DNA of 64,000 bases from Candidatus Azotimanducaceae bacterium (GTDB taxonomy: Bacteria; Pseudomonadota; Gammaproteobacteria; Pseudomonadales; Azotimanducaceae). How positions within the stretch are numbered: the first letter of the stretch is position 1; the number at the start of each line of letters is the position of its first letter. Positions 7,727 to 16,047 of the stretch are shown here, piece after piece. A program made the position numbers and the translations under genes. The stretch covers positions 70 to 64,069 of the forward strand of contig CBDCPL010000001.1 in the NCBI GenBank assembly GCA_965220235.1, read 5' to 3'. Below the pieces are notes generated by a model. That model saw only the letters and a program-made list of their open reading frames with translations. It was not told the DNA's origin and did not search any database.

Positions 7727-7916
7727 ACATCCGCACATCGAGGTATCGCTAGTTGGCGAGGACGGCAACGCCTACAACATCTTGGGGATCGTCCGCAAGG
7801 CAATGAGGCGCGCCAAACTGCCGCAAACGGTCATCGACGAATTCATGGCGGAGGCAACGTCAGGCGACTACGACCACCTGCTCCAGACCTGCATGACATG
7901 GGTGAAGGTATCTTAG
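7716..7916 (+). CDS. hypothetical protein
   Basis: The ATG at 7716 follows GGAAGGAGGACAACA. Confidence 0.6.
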   Translation: MTVKHPHIEVSLVGEDGNAYNILGIVRKAMRRAKLPQTVIDEFMAEATSGDYDHLLQTCMTWVKVS

Positions 7917-7917
7917 C

Positions 7918-8133
7918 ATGGCGGACACGATATTCCTGCGCGAGACTCCAGCAGGCAAGGTCTTCACGCGCGGTGGCTACACATGGTTGAGCCGCAACAT
8001 CGGCATAGAGACGTTGGTGTGGATCGAGGCGGACGACGGGTCGTGGAAGTACGTCACGGCGGTGCCGTCTTTCGTTTCATTCGATCAAGCCATGCACGAC
8101 CTCGTGCGTGAGCAGGAGTTGGTGCCAGCATGA
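7918..8133 (+). CDS. hypothetical protein
   Basis: 71-aa ORF, directly abutting its neighbours. Confidence 0.55.
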   Translation: MADTIFLRETPAGKVFTRGGYTWLSRNIGIETLVWIEADDGSWKYVTAVPSFVSFDQAMHDLVREQELVPA

Positions 8134-8342
8134 GTAGGTGGGAGTTGTATGAGCCGAATTACGTCGACATGGATCCCTGGTGGGAGTTGTCGGTCGGCGG
8201 TCGGTGTCTCGGTTTGGTCACTTGCATCGGCGGTGCTTGGTATGCGTTCGCTGCAGGCAGACCGCTAGGTCGTTTTGAGTCGGCAGAGGAAGGTAGAAAT
8301 AAAGTTTTAAATTTGCTTGACAAATCACATATTTTTACATAA
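8130..8342 (+). CDS. hypothetical protein. The C-terminal ~17 aa are read through the promoter cassette.
   Basis: ATGA overlap with the upstream stop. The 3' end overlaps the repeated promoter element. Confidence 0.5.
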   Translation: MSRWELYEPNYVDMDPWWELSVGGRCLGLVTCIGGAWYAFAAGRPLGRFESAEEGRNKVLNLLDKSHIFT

Positions 8343-8345
8343 GAT
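8317..8345 (+). promoter_or_regulatory. Sigma70-type promoter TTGACA-17 nt-TAAGAT (cassette copy B)
   Basis: TTGACA lies at 8317-8322 and TAAGAT at 8340-8345. The flanks match copy A. Confidence 0.6.
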
Positions 8346-8383
8346 TAGCGGTGTGCAATGAGGCACGAACGAAAGGAAAAACA

Positions 8384-8677
8384 ATGAGTCACCAAGCAAC
8401 TGAAGCGCAACGAGAATGGTTGCAATCTCTTTACCGCGCCGCTGGACATCCAGCGAGCGTGGTCGATCAAATCGCAACGATGGAAATGACGCGAGAACAG
8501 GCGAGTGCGGCAAAGCAATGGAACTACATCTGCTCGCTCGCGAAAGACCATCTACCGGGCGCAACATGGGACAACGTCGATGTGGAAATTGAAAAGCGCT
8601 ACAACGTCTTATACACCACGCTAACGAAGCAGAAGGCGAGCGGACTGATAGACATCCTCAAAACGCAGGCTTGGTAA
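8384..8677 (+). CDS. hypothetical protein
   Basis: The ATG at 8384 follows the conserved leader GAAAGGAAAAACA. Confidence 0.6.
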   Translation: MSHQATEAQREWLQSLYRAAGHPASVVDQIATMEMTREQASAAKQWNYICSLAKDHLPGATWDNVDVEIEKRYNVLYTTLTKQKASGLIDILKTQAW

Positions 8678-8694
8678 ATTCCAGCCAACGCCAT

Positions 8695-8713
8695 AGCCTC
8701 GCCTAGCGGGGCT
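8695..8713 (+). promoter_or_regulatory. Conserved inter-ORF stem-loop (copy B)
   Basis: AGCCTCGC-CTA-GCGGGGCT forms an 8-bp stem with one G-U pair, followed by TTTGGCAGT as in copy A. Confidence 0.4.
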
Positions 8714-8750
8714 TTGGCAGTAGAAGCAACAGAACATCAAAGGACAAACA

Positions 8751-9020
8751 ATGAGTCAAAAACTATCCTTCATATTCAGGCGGACTGGATTGGCGGTTAA
8801 CCCGTCCGCCAGAGAGACGGCAACGCTCGACGGCGTGGTCGTTGGCTTCCTGAGCAACTATGGCGCGCCCGAAGGTTCGCCCTGCGATCCCTACGAGGAC
8901 TGGTTCGCTTTCGACGCGGACTGCAACCCACTGAACGATGTCGGTTTTGATACGGTCAAGGACGCACGGCAGGCACTCTGCAAGCACGTCATTCGCGAAC
9001 GCAGGAGATTGGCGGCGTGA
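8751..9020 (+). CDS. hypothetical protein
   Basis: The ATG follows AAAGGACAAACA. Confidence 0.6.
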   Translation: MSQKLSFIFRRTGLAVNPSARETATLDGVVVGFLSNYGAPEGSPCDPYEDWFAFDADCNPLNDVGFDTVKDARQALCKHVIRERRRLAA

Positions 9021-9223
9021 AATTCGATTCCATAACGGTCTCGCTCAGGCGAGGATACCGAACCGCGCTGGTCGTACAACAGGGCAATAAATTCGTCGCA
9101 CACATAGATGCACTCGGTGCGATAGACATGCGTCGAGAGTATCCAACTCTCGCAGGCGCAATAAGGGGTGTCGAGCGATATTTCGACACCAAACAACTCA
9201 AACATAGGAGAGAGCAAACATGA
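9017..9223 (+). CDS. hypothetical protein
   Basis: GTGA start/stop overlap with the upstream ORF. Confidence 0.5.
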   Translation: MKFDSITVSLRRGYRTALVVQQGNKFVAHIDALGAIDMRREYPTLAGAIRGVERYFDTKQLKHRREQT

Positions 9224-9672
9224 GTACACGATGCCTGATAGCGATTGACTGCGGCGAAGGGGTCGCACGCTCAATCTACTGCCACTGGGATGGCTACCTG
9301 CAAGGAGTGGGCGACCGGTTGATACGAGACTACACGCGTAGCGACATTGCCGAATTGATGACGCGTGTGCCGAGCGTCTCGGCGCTCCAGCCGACCATTG
9401 AGACGACCATCGCTGACCGCGAGAGTTATAGCTCAAAAAGCACGAAGTCGACTGTCGTAGTGCATCACGGTGATCGCAAAGAGATACAACGACTATTGGT
9501 CTGCCGAGCGGAGTCCTGCTCTGCGGATTACATCTATCTGCATACGGGCGAGTGCTGGGAGGTCAGCACGAATTGGCATCGCATCCTCGTGGATCGAGAG
9601 CCGTGGACATTCGTTTCACTTGCCGAAGAGATAGCTGAGCGGGAGCCGGTCTGGGAGCGGATGTATGCATAA
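9220..9672 (+). CDS. hypothetical protein
   Basis: ATGA overlap with the upstream ORF. 150 aa, containing IYCHWDGY. Confidence 0.6.
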   Translation: MSTRCLIAIDCGEGVARSIYCHWDGYLQGVGDRLIRDYTRSDIAELMTRVPSVSALQPTIETTIADRESYSSKSTKSTVVVHHGDRKEIQRLLVCRAESCSADYIYLHTGECWEVSTNWHRILVDREPWTFVSLAEEIAEREPVWERMYA

Positions 9673-9880
9673 GAACCCGCACACCGAAATGATTGGCGTG
9701 AGTGTTCGCCCCGAAATTCGCCTCGCTCTCAAAGACGTGGCGCGCCGAGAAGGTACGAGCATGTCTCACGAGATACGCGAGGCGGTGCGAAGCCACATCA
9801 GACGAAAGGTCGGCGTGGTCTACGAAGGCGAACGCCGATACTACCAAGAGCTAATGAAAGGAGAAACCGATGAAAATTAG
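9665..9880 (+). CDS. Ribbon-helix-helix DNA-binding protein
   Basis: IGVSVRPEIRLALKDVARREGTSMSHEIREAVRSHI fits the RHH pattern. Confidence 0.6.
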   Translation: MHKNPHTEMIGVSVRPEIRLALKDVARREGTSMSHEIREAVRSHIRRKVGVVYEGERRYYQELMKGETDEN

Positions 9881-10301
9881 CAAACCAATTCAAGCCACGC
9901 CGCGTAGCGGTGGCGGCGACATGCCTCCGCCTCTGAGGGCAGGTATATACAGCGCAGAGGTCAAGGCGCTGGAACTCAAGGAGACGAAGAGCGGTGGGCA
10001 AGCACTTGTTGCTAGCCTGCACATCGCCGACCACAACCGCACGGTGATGGACTGGATCAACGTCCGCAACCAGAACCCTGAAGCGGTGCGAATCGGCATG
10101 GAGATACTGAACGACTTCATCCTGTCCTGCGGACTGACCGAGATAAAGGCGGACACGGACGAGTTGGTCGGGAAGACCTGCCAGATACGATTGGCGGTCG
10201 ATGGCACCTACAACGCCGTCAAGCGCTATCTCTATCAAGCGCAACCACAGTCTGCGGAGGCGTTCGGTGATGCGATGCCTAATGATGAGGTGCCGCTCTA
10301 A
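9870..10301 (+). CDS. Single-stranded-DNA-binding-like protein (DUF669-type)
   Basis: It has LRAGIYSAEVKALELKETKSGGQAL, an acidic C-terminal tail ...NDEVPL, and sits immediately upstream of Erf. The ATG follows GAAAGGAGAAACCG. Confidence 0.5.
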   Translation: MKISKPIQATPRSGGGDMPPPLRAGIYSAEVKALELKETKSGGQALVASLHIADHNRTVMDWINVRNQNPEAVRIGMEILNDFILSCGLTEIKADTDELVGKTCQIRLAVDGTYNAVKRYLYQAQPQSAEAFGDAMPNDEVPL

Positions 10302-10837
10302 TGGATTTGCCTGCAGAAAAGAAGGTCTACACCTCGACGGAGTACGCCGCTCTGATGGCGTTCCTCATGGGGTCGATAGAAAAGGTCGATAAAGACATGC
10401 GCAACAGTTACAAGGGCTACGACTACGCCAGTGCCGATGCGGTTTTCGCGGCGGTGCGAGTGGCGATGGCGGACTTGAAATTGCACCTCGTTACGCAGGA
10501 GCTGTCGTTCAAAATACACGACTTCGGTACAGATGACAAGCCTTCCCGCCACATCGAATTGAAGGTTTATATCGGGATCACCGATGGCTCGGTCGTTCCC
10601 CTAGAGCTCATCACTGTCATGGGGCCGTACACCGCTCCGCAGTCGATCCAAGCGCTCCGTACCTACGCGGTTAAGTATTGGCTTCGCACCAAATTGCTGT
10701 TGCCTACGGGCGAGTCGGATTTGGACGAGGCGAAGAACCTCGAGATAGCAGGGCCTGTCCTTGAGTTTGTCGATGGGGAAGTATCGCCGACAACGGCGGC
10801 TGAGACTATTGACTCTGCATTGGAGTCGATGGAATGA
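10301..10837 (+). CDS. erf: Erf-family single-strand annealing protein
   Basis: NSYKGYDYASADAVFAAVRVAMADLKL is the Erf core pattern. It is coupled to the exonuclease gene. Confidence 0.65.
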   Translation: MDLPAEKKVYTSTEYAALMAFLMGSIEKVDKDMRNSYKGYDYASADAVFAAVRVAMADLKLHLVTQELSFKIHDFGTDDKPSRHIELKVYIGITDGSVVPLELITVMGPYTAPQSIQALRTYAVKYWLRTKLLLPTGESDLDEAKNLEIAGPVLEFVDGEVSPTTAAETIDSALESME

Positions 10838-11727
10838 GCGAGCGTAATAAGACCCTCGGTGCGAGCGAGGCGGCGGCAGTCATGGGATTGTCGCCGTGGG
10901 CCACGCCAGTGGATGTGTGGGCGAGAAAAACAGGCAAAGCACCTGAGCAAGCAGAGACCGCGCCGATGCACTGGGGCTTGAAACTGGAGTCAGTGATTGC
11001 CCATGAGTTTGAAGAGCTGCATGGGATCGTCCTGAGCGAGCCACAGCGGAAATATACGCACGACGACGGCGTTTTGTCGGCAACCATCGACTATAGGATC
11101 GACTCGGATACATTGCTTGAAATCAAGACCACGTCCGCCTTCTCGGGCGATTGGACGGAGGTGCCTGTGTGGTATCAAATACAGGCTCGCCAACAGATGC
11201 TCTGCACCGGTGCAAAGTCAGTCGTGATAGCCCTGCTCAAAGGCGGGAATCAATACAGCGAATGGCGGGTAGACAGACCTGCGGATGACTGGTTTGGAGA
11301 GTACGCCAAGCGAATGAATGAGTGGTGGACTCGGCACGTGGTAGCGGATGTCGCACCACCGCCTAAGACCATCTCGGACATGACGCAGTTGTATCCGAAG
11401 GCGAAAAGCAAGATACGCGACATCGACGACAACCCCGAATTGATCGAGGCAATTCGGTACTACCGAACACTCAAGGAAGACCTGAGCGACACCAAGCATG
11501 AAATGGAAGAACAAGAACTGCTCATCAAAGTGGCGATGGGCGACTGTAACGAATTGCGCTACCGCGACAAGCGAGTGGTCACGTGGTCGGACAGGAAACG
11601 GCGGGGGTCGGTCGATATGAAGAAGTTGGCGTGCGCGCACGGTCTGACCAGTGAGGAGATAGACTCCTTCCGATCCCCTGAATCGTCTTACCGAGCATTT
11701 TCGGTCAAGGAGTTGTCCGATGGCTAA
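10834..11727 (+). CDS. YqaJ-like (lambda Exo-type, PD-(D/E)xK) recombination exonuclease
   Basis: LGASEAAAVMGLSPWATPVDVWARKTG...WGLKLE...ATIDYRI...LLEIKT. Confidence 0.75.
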   Translation: MSERNKTLGASEAAAVMGLSPWATPVDVWARKTGKAPEQAETAPMHWGLKLESVIAHEFEELHGIVLSEPQRKYTHDDGVLSATIDYRIDSDTLLEIKTTSAFSGDWTEVPVWYQIQARQQMLCTGAKSVVIALLKGGNQYSEWRVDRPADDWFGEYAKRMNEWWTRHVVADVAPPPKTISDMTQLYPKAKSKIRDIDDNPELIEAIRYYRTLKEDLSDTKHEMEEQELLIKVAMGDCNELRYRDKRVVTWSDRKRRGSVDMKKLACAHGLTSEEIDSFRSPESSYRAFSVKELSDG

Positions 11728-11923
11728 ACGCCGTGTCAGCTCTGCGAAAGAGAATTTTGAACATAATAAGCGTATGGACGCACACTGGGAAACCGTCGAT
11801 GCCAAGAGCCGAGAAACCTACATCAATCGAACTCGTGAGGTGTTGGTGGGCAATCCATCTGAGCGGTTCGTTCTACGCCTAGCTAAGGGTCTCGCTTACT
11901 CGGACAAGAAGAAGCAAGGCTAA
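11720..11923 (+). CDS. hypothetical protein
   Basis: 67-aa ORF that overlaps the upstream stop. Confidence 0.5.
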   Translation: MAKRRVSSAKENFEHNKRMDAHWETVDAKSRETYINRTREVLVGNPSERFVLRLAKGLAYSDKKKQG

Positions 11924-11927
11924 TGGT

Positions 11928-11993
11928 GGGATCGAGTCGGGTCTTTGCGGGTTTACTCATGACCCGTCCTTTCATCTCGGCTCGATCCCTTTT
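11928..11993 (+). terminator. Compound stem-loop followed by TTTT, a possible intrinsic terminator or attenuator
   Basis: GGGATCGAG (11928-11936) pairs with CTCGATCCC (11981-11989). An inner stem forms between CGGGTC (11938-11943) and GACCCG (11961-11966). T4 follows at 11990-11993. Confidence 0.4.
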
Positions 11994-11996
11994 ACC

Positions 11997-12344
11997 ATGA
12001 AAACAATTGCCGTCAATCGCTTCGTGGAGGACGTGGTCGATAAAGCCATGTACGAGGCGAGCGCGGATTTGCGGGTCTACACCTGGTCTCGATACGGCGC
12101 TCAAGGCGATGAAGCCGTCCGCCTGGAATATCTAGTACGCACCTCCGCCAAAGTCATGGAAATGAGCAATCCCGAATTGAGATGGGTTGCTCAGCAATGG
12201 CGGGATCGTGTCGAGTCTCTGAAATCGTTACTCAGTTACGACCTATGCACGATTACCTTCGCCTTGCACGAGATGCAGGCACACTACAAGGCGATCTATC
12301 ACTCTCTCGACGGTAATACGGTCGATGTTGACGAGGATTTCTAG
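11997..12344 (+). CDS. hypothetical protein
   Basis: 115-aa ORF. Its stop abuts the convergent tape-measure stop. Confidence 0.55.
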   Translation: MKTIAVNRFVEDVVDKAMYEASADLRVYTWSRYGAQGDEAVRLEYLVRTSAKVMEMSNPELRWVAQQWRDRVESLKSLLSYDLCTITFALHEMQAHYKAIYHSLDGNTVDVDEDF

Positions 12345-14960
12345 TTAGCGGGAATACCTAGAATCCGCGGAATCGACCAGATGTAGGAACTGGTCTCGCA
12401 ACTGCGCACCGACATTCTCTGCGATCTCTTTCGAGTCGCCTCCGCTTGCATTCACGTTGACCGTCAGGTCGCCCACTGTGACGTTCCTGTTCGCTTGAGT
12501 TTCGTTGGCAATCACTTGGTTGGTCACGGCTGATTGCACCGCCTGTGGCGAACGTCCGTTGATTGTGGCGGGAATGTTGCCTGCCGTTGCCGTTGCTAGC
12601 GATGGCGAGAAGGTCTCGAAAGCGGTCTGAAGCCAACTCGGTAGGATTGCCGAAAGATCGAACCCGCTGAACCAGTCGACGATGGTCGTATCAAACCACT
12701 CGGTCAGGCTGTTCCAGCCGTCCTTGAAGAAGTCGATAAATGATTGCCATTTGGCTGTCCATGCATCGACCGTCATATCCCACGCCATACCTGCCCGCGT
12801 GGAGAACTCCTCGAACTGAGCGATGATGACCTCCGCCCACGCGGAGGCATCGAACAGCGACTTGAATATCTCCCATCGTGCCGACCAGTCATTGAGCATC
12901 GTCTGCCACTCAAGACTGGCGACAGCAGACCAGACCTGCATTTCGCCTTGTAGCGCCACGCCGAGATCGGCAAACAACTGCTTGAGGCGGTTGTCTCGCT
13001 CGTCCCACCTAATCTGCTGGAGGCGCAGTTCAAACTGCTTCTCTTCCGGTACATTGGCAAACGGATCGGTACGGTTGCGCTCGGTGATTTGCTCCGAATA
13101 GCGCACGAAACGATCCCACCAGTTTTTCGGTTCGCTATTGTCGAGTATTGAGATGGGCTTGGCGGGCTTGGCGATGTCGTCGTTGGCGTTCCACCAGTCC
13201 TGCAACTTGATCCAGACCCGCTTCCAGTCGTCCGTTGCTTCTCGTTGTCGAGCGTCCTGTATCTTTTTCCATTGGAGGAATCGCTCTTCGGGATCCTGTG
13301 CCAGTTTCCAGTCGTCCACATGGACTACGACATCGACCGTCTGGTCAAGCGTATCTATTCCGCCCTCTGCTTCGAGTTCGTTGACGATCTTGCGCTTGAT
13401 GGTGACCGTGTCTTTCTCGCCCAGCTCGAAGAAGTCCGATATGGCGGTCGCTGCTTTCTTGACCCAATCGACGATGTCTTTCCAGTACACGATCACGGCG
13501 GCAATAGCACTGGCTACTGCGACCCAAGGCAACGCACGCATGGCAATACCTAACGCCCGTACAGCGACGGTTTTTGCACCGATGGCAGCCGTTCCAGCGG
13601 CAGTTGCTGCCGTGCTGGTAGCGGTCGCTGTGGTGAACAGACCCGTTACGAAACTAATGGCTCTCATAATGGGTACGAGTCCACCGAGAATGAACGTTAG
13701 GGCTTTAAGTGCGAAGCTAACGCCGATCAAAGCCGTACCCCATTTGAGCGATGCGGCGATTAGATCGAGGATGTTGCGGTGGACAAATTCGCCCTTGTTC
13801 TCGCCGTCCTCGTATTTCCGTACCAATTCAGCCATTGCATCTGCTACTACGGCAAATGCGCGCGTCATGAACCCGGTGGAATCAATGACCTCGAACATCG
13901 AGTTCCGCACGGTATCGAGCTGTGCCACTAGTGTGTCCCATGCGCCCGATACGCCTGACATCAATATACCTACGTCCTTCGCAACGGCTTCTGCGCCGAT
14001 GGGCATGAGCGAGTAAATATCCGCAAGCACATCGCCCGCACGACTCGCTACGCCAGCAAACGGTGCCGCGTACTCCTGACCTACGATCCGACCGATAGCT
14101 GAGGTTAGCGTTGACTCGTCAGGCGCTCGTTGGTAGATCGTATCGAGGAGACGGATAAATCCATTTTCCTGCGCTAGCATCTCGCGTAATTCTTCGATGG
14201 TGATATTGACCGCAGAGAGTGCCTCTGGTACGGTCGTTGCACCTTCGCCAATACCAGACATCGCGTCGCTTAGCTTTAGCATGAACGCATTGAGACCGCG
14301 TGATGCAGTTGGAATTTCAACCCCGGCAGTCTTAAGGTTAGCTAGCGTTGCGATGTACTCCTCGTTGGATAGACCTGCGCGCTTGACGTTACCGATGCTA
14401 GCCCCGAAGGCAGCTCCGACCTCACCGAATGAACCCGGTGCGATCTTGCCTATATGGATGAGCTGCCCCATGAACTTCTTGAGTTCTTCGTTCGACAGCT
14501 CTAAGTTAGCTTCTGCTTGCAGTGCCCACAGAGCAACGTCTGGGATTTGGTCTTTGAGTCCTGCGGCAACTGAGGTTTCAACCACAAACGGCGTGAAATC
14601 GAGCGTCTCCTCGACACTCTTGCCGAATTTAGCTATCACATCTTGCGCCTGAATAATGTCCTCAGTGTTGACCGGGAGATTAGCTCCTACTTCAAGTGCT
14701 TGATCGTAGAACCGTTGTGCTTCATCTGCTGTTAAACCGAGCGTGGTACGCAGCATGTTGATCGCACGATCGGTTGTGATGCCTGCTTGCGTAAAGGTTG
14801 CGAGACCACCAGCTGCTGCCGCACCAACCACCAGTGCTTGCGTGCTGAGCGTATTGAGTTTTGCACGCGTGGCGTGAAGGCGTGATTCGATTGCGCCTAA
14901 CGCTGCCGAGTCGGTAACAAAGGTGAAACGCGTGACCAGCGTGTCGATGATCTTAGCCAC
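12345..14960 (-). CDS. Tail tape measure protein
   Basis: 871 aa with a TP901-type tape-measure core pattern (AGLSNEEYIATLANLKTAGVEIPTASRGLNAFMLKL), a hydrophobic Ala/Gly-rich centre and a Trp-rich C-terminus. It follows the frameshifted chaperone pair. Confidence 0.85.
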   Translation of the reverse strand: MAKIIDTLVTRFTFVTDSAALGAIESRLHATRAKLNTLSTQALVVGAAAAGGLATFTQAGITTDRAINMLRTTLGLTADEAQRFYDQALEVGANLPVNTEDIIQAQDVIAKFGKSVEETLDFTPFVVETSVAAGLKDQIPDVALWALQAEANLELSNEELKKFMGQLIHIGKIAPGSFGEVGAAFGASIGNVKRAGLSNEEYIATLANLKTAGVEIPTASRGLNAFMLKLSDAMSGIGEGATTVPEALSAVNITIEELREMLAQENGFIRLLDTIYQRAPDESTLTSAIGRIVGQEYAAPFAGVASRAGDVLADIYSLMPIGAEAVAKDVGILMSGVSGAWDTLVAQLDTVRNSMFEVIDSTGFMTRAFAVVADAMAELVRKYEDGENKGEFVHRNILDLIAASLKWGTALIGVSFALKALTFILGGLVPIMRAISFVTGLFTTATATSTAATAAGTAAIGAKTVAVRALGIAMRALPWVAVASAIAAVIVYWKDIVDWVKKAATAISDFFELGEKDTVTIKRKIVNELEAEGGIDTLDQTVDVVVHVDDWKLAQDPEERFLQWKKIQDARQREATDDWKRVWIKLQDWWNANDDIAKPAKPISILDNSEPKNWWDRFVRYSEQITERNRTDPFANVPEEKQFELRLQQIRWDERDNRLKQLFADLGVALQGEMQVWSAVASLEWQTMLNDWSARWEIFKSLFDASAWAEVIIAQFEEFSTRAGMAWDMTVDAWTAKWQSFIDFFKDGWNSLTEWFDTTIVDWFSGFDLSAILPSWLQTAFETFSPSLATATAGNIPATINGRSPQAVQSAVTNQVIANETQANRNVTVGDLTVNVNASGGDSKEIAENVGAQLRDQFLHLVDSADSRYSR

Positions 14961-15603
14961 TACTTAGCCTTCGCTTCGTTTTGAGCGTGTTCAATCGCTC
15001 GGCTTTCGTTTTCGCTACTCACGGTCACTATTTCAAGCACGTCCATCAGGTCGTCAATGTCGATCTCAGGTTGTCCGTCAGGCAGTCGCTTTTTCAACTG
15101 CGCGAAATTGATTTTATCCGCAGCGACTACGGCGAGGATGGCGGGGTGGACGTTGGCGGGTTCAACTCTGCTCCATTGGACAGGCCGACCCCTAATTTCG
15201 AGGCGATTTCTCGAAAGGTATCGAAAAAATTTACGGCGAGACACCTAACCAGCATCTCGTAAACATCGATGGGCGTTAACCCATCGAAGGCAGCTTCCTC
15301 CATGCCCGCGAGGATCATCGGAGTACGGTAGCTTTCGTTGCGGAATAGCACATTGGCGAACAATTGATCTCTGATCGAAATTACCAGCTCGCGCGGTGCG
15401 CTGAGGATAGTTTTGACCATCGTTACTTGCAGTGGATCGTCGGAATCCACCTCGCCTAGTTGCTCGCCTAGACCTTCGCGCAACTCCTCTAGCACCGCAA
15501 AGGAGTCCATGACCAGTAGCTTGCGAATCTCGAAGTGAGTCTCGCCGATCTGGACATTAAGTTTGGTGTATTCGCTCGCCGCTTGGGTGAGCTGATCTTC
15601 CAT
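14960..15603 (-). CDS. Tail assembly chaperone fusion (GT-like) made by a -1 frameshift at 15223-15229
   Basis: The -1 frame ORF 14960..15244 overlaps the zero frame. My computed fusion is 127 aa + 87 aa. Confidence 0.6.
15127..15603 (-). CDS. Tail assembly chaperone (G-like, zero-frame product)
   Basis: It lies between the tube and tape-measure genes and contains the slippery site. Confidence 0.7.
   Translation of the reverse strand: MEDQLTQAASEYTKLNVQIGETHFEIRKLLVMDSFAVLEELREGLGEQLGEVDSDDPLQVTMVKTILSAPRELVISIRDQLFANVLFRNESYRTPMILAGMEEAAFDGLTPIDVYEMLVRCLAVNFFDTFREIASKLGVGLSNGAELNPPTSTPPSSP
15223..15229 (-). promoter_or_regulatory. -1 programmed ribosomal frameshift heptamer T_TTT_TTC
   Basis: The zero-frame codons are AAT TTT TTC (N125 F126 F127). 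I checked the codon phase against ATG 15603 and ATG 15244. Confidence 0.6.
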
Positions 15604-16046
15604 TAGCTAACGACTAGCGGGGGCGCTCCGAATTTAGCGCCGTCATAGGCAGGTAGGATTTGCTCGAACACGAATTTGATGTCGAAGTTGCCCTCTGGCT
15701 CTGCGCCAGGAGGTGCCTCTAGCAGATACCCGCCTTTCATGGTGATCGAAGTACCTAGTCGGGAGTCGGTGTACGATCCCTTCCAGTTGATTGTCGAGCC
15801 GTTGAACAGCAGGCGAATCTGCCGCAGGAAGAACTTGACGCTCACCGATGTCGGTAACAGGTGGATCAGAATTTCTCCTCCTTGCATGTTCGTTCTGGTC
15901 GCCAGCAACGCACCATCCTTGCCGTATTTATGCGTGATGTTTTGGACGATGGGGATTTCCACTGGACGTTCTACGTCCGCAAAGCCGCGCACGATGTGTC
16001 CGTTGAGGATGAGTTTCTGGTGTAGATGGCTGGTTTCTGTTGGCAC
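15603..16046 (-). CDS. Tail tube protein (DUF3277-like)
   Basis: 147 aa, immediately downstream of the sheath-sized gene and upstream of the chaperones. Confidence 0.55.
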   Translation of the reverse strand: MPTETSHLHQKLILNGHIVRGFADVERPVEIPIVQNITHKYGKDGALLATRTNMQGGEILIHLLPTSVSVKFFLRQIRLLFNGSTINWKGSYTDSRLGTSITMKGGYLLEAPPGAEPEGNFDIKFVFEQILPAYDGAKFGAPPLVVS

Positions 16047-16047
16047 T

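Noticed and set aside
13138-14016. A 292-aa plus-strand ORF inside the tape-measure gene. Similar long shadow ORFs include 12773..13321(-), 41724..42338(-), 54796..55548(+), 25685..26209(+), 11218..11805(-), 8891..9436(-), 34806..35333(+) and 58055..58570(-).
   Set aside because: They lie antisense to, or out of frame with, ORFs that carry recognisable domain motifs. They have Ser/Arg/Pro/Ala-rich low-complexity composition and no RBS. This is typical of shadow ORFs in moderately GC-rich DNA.
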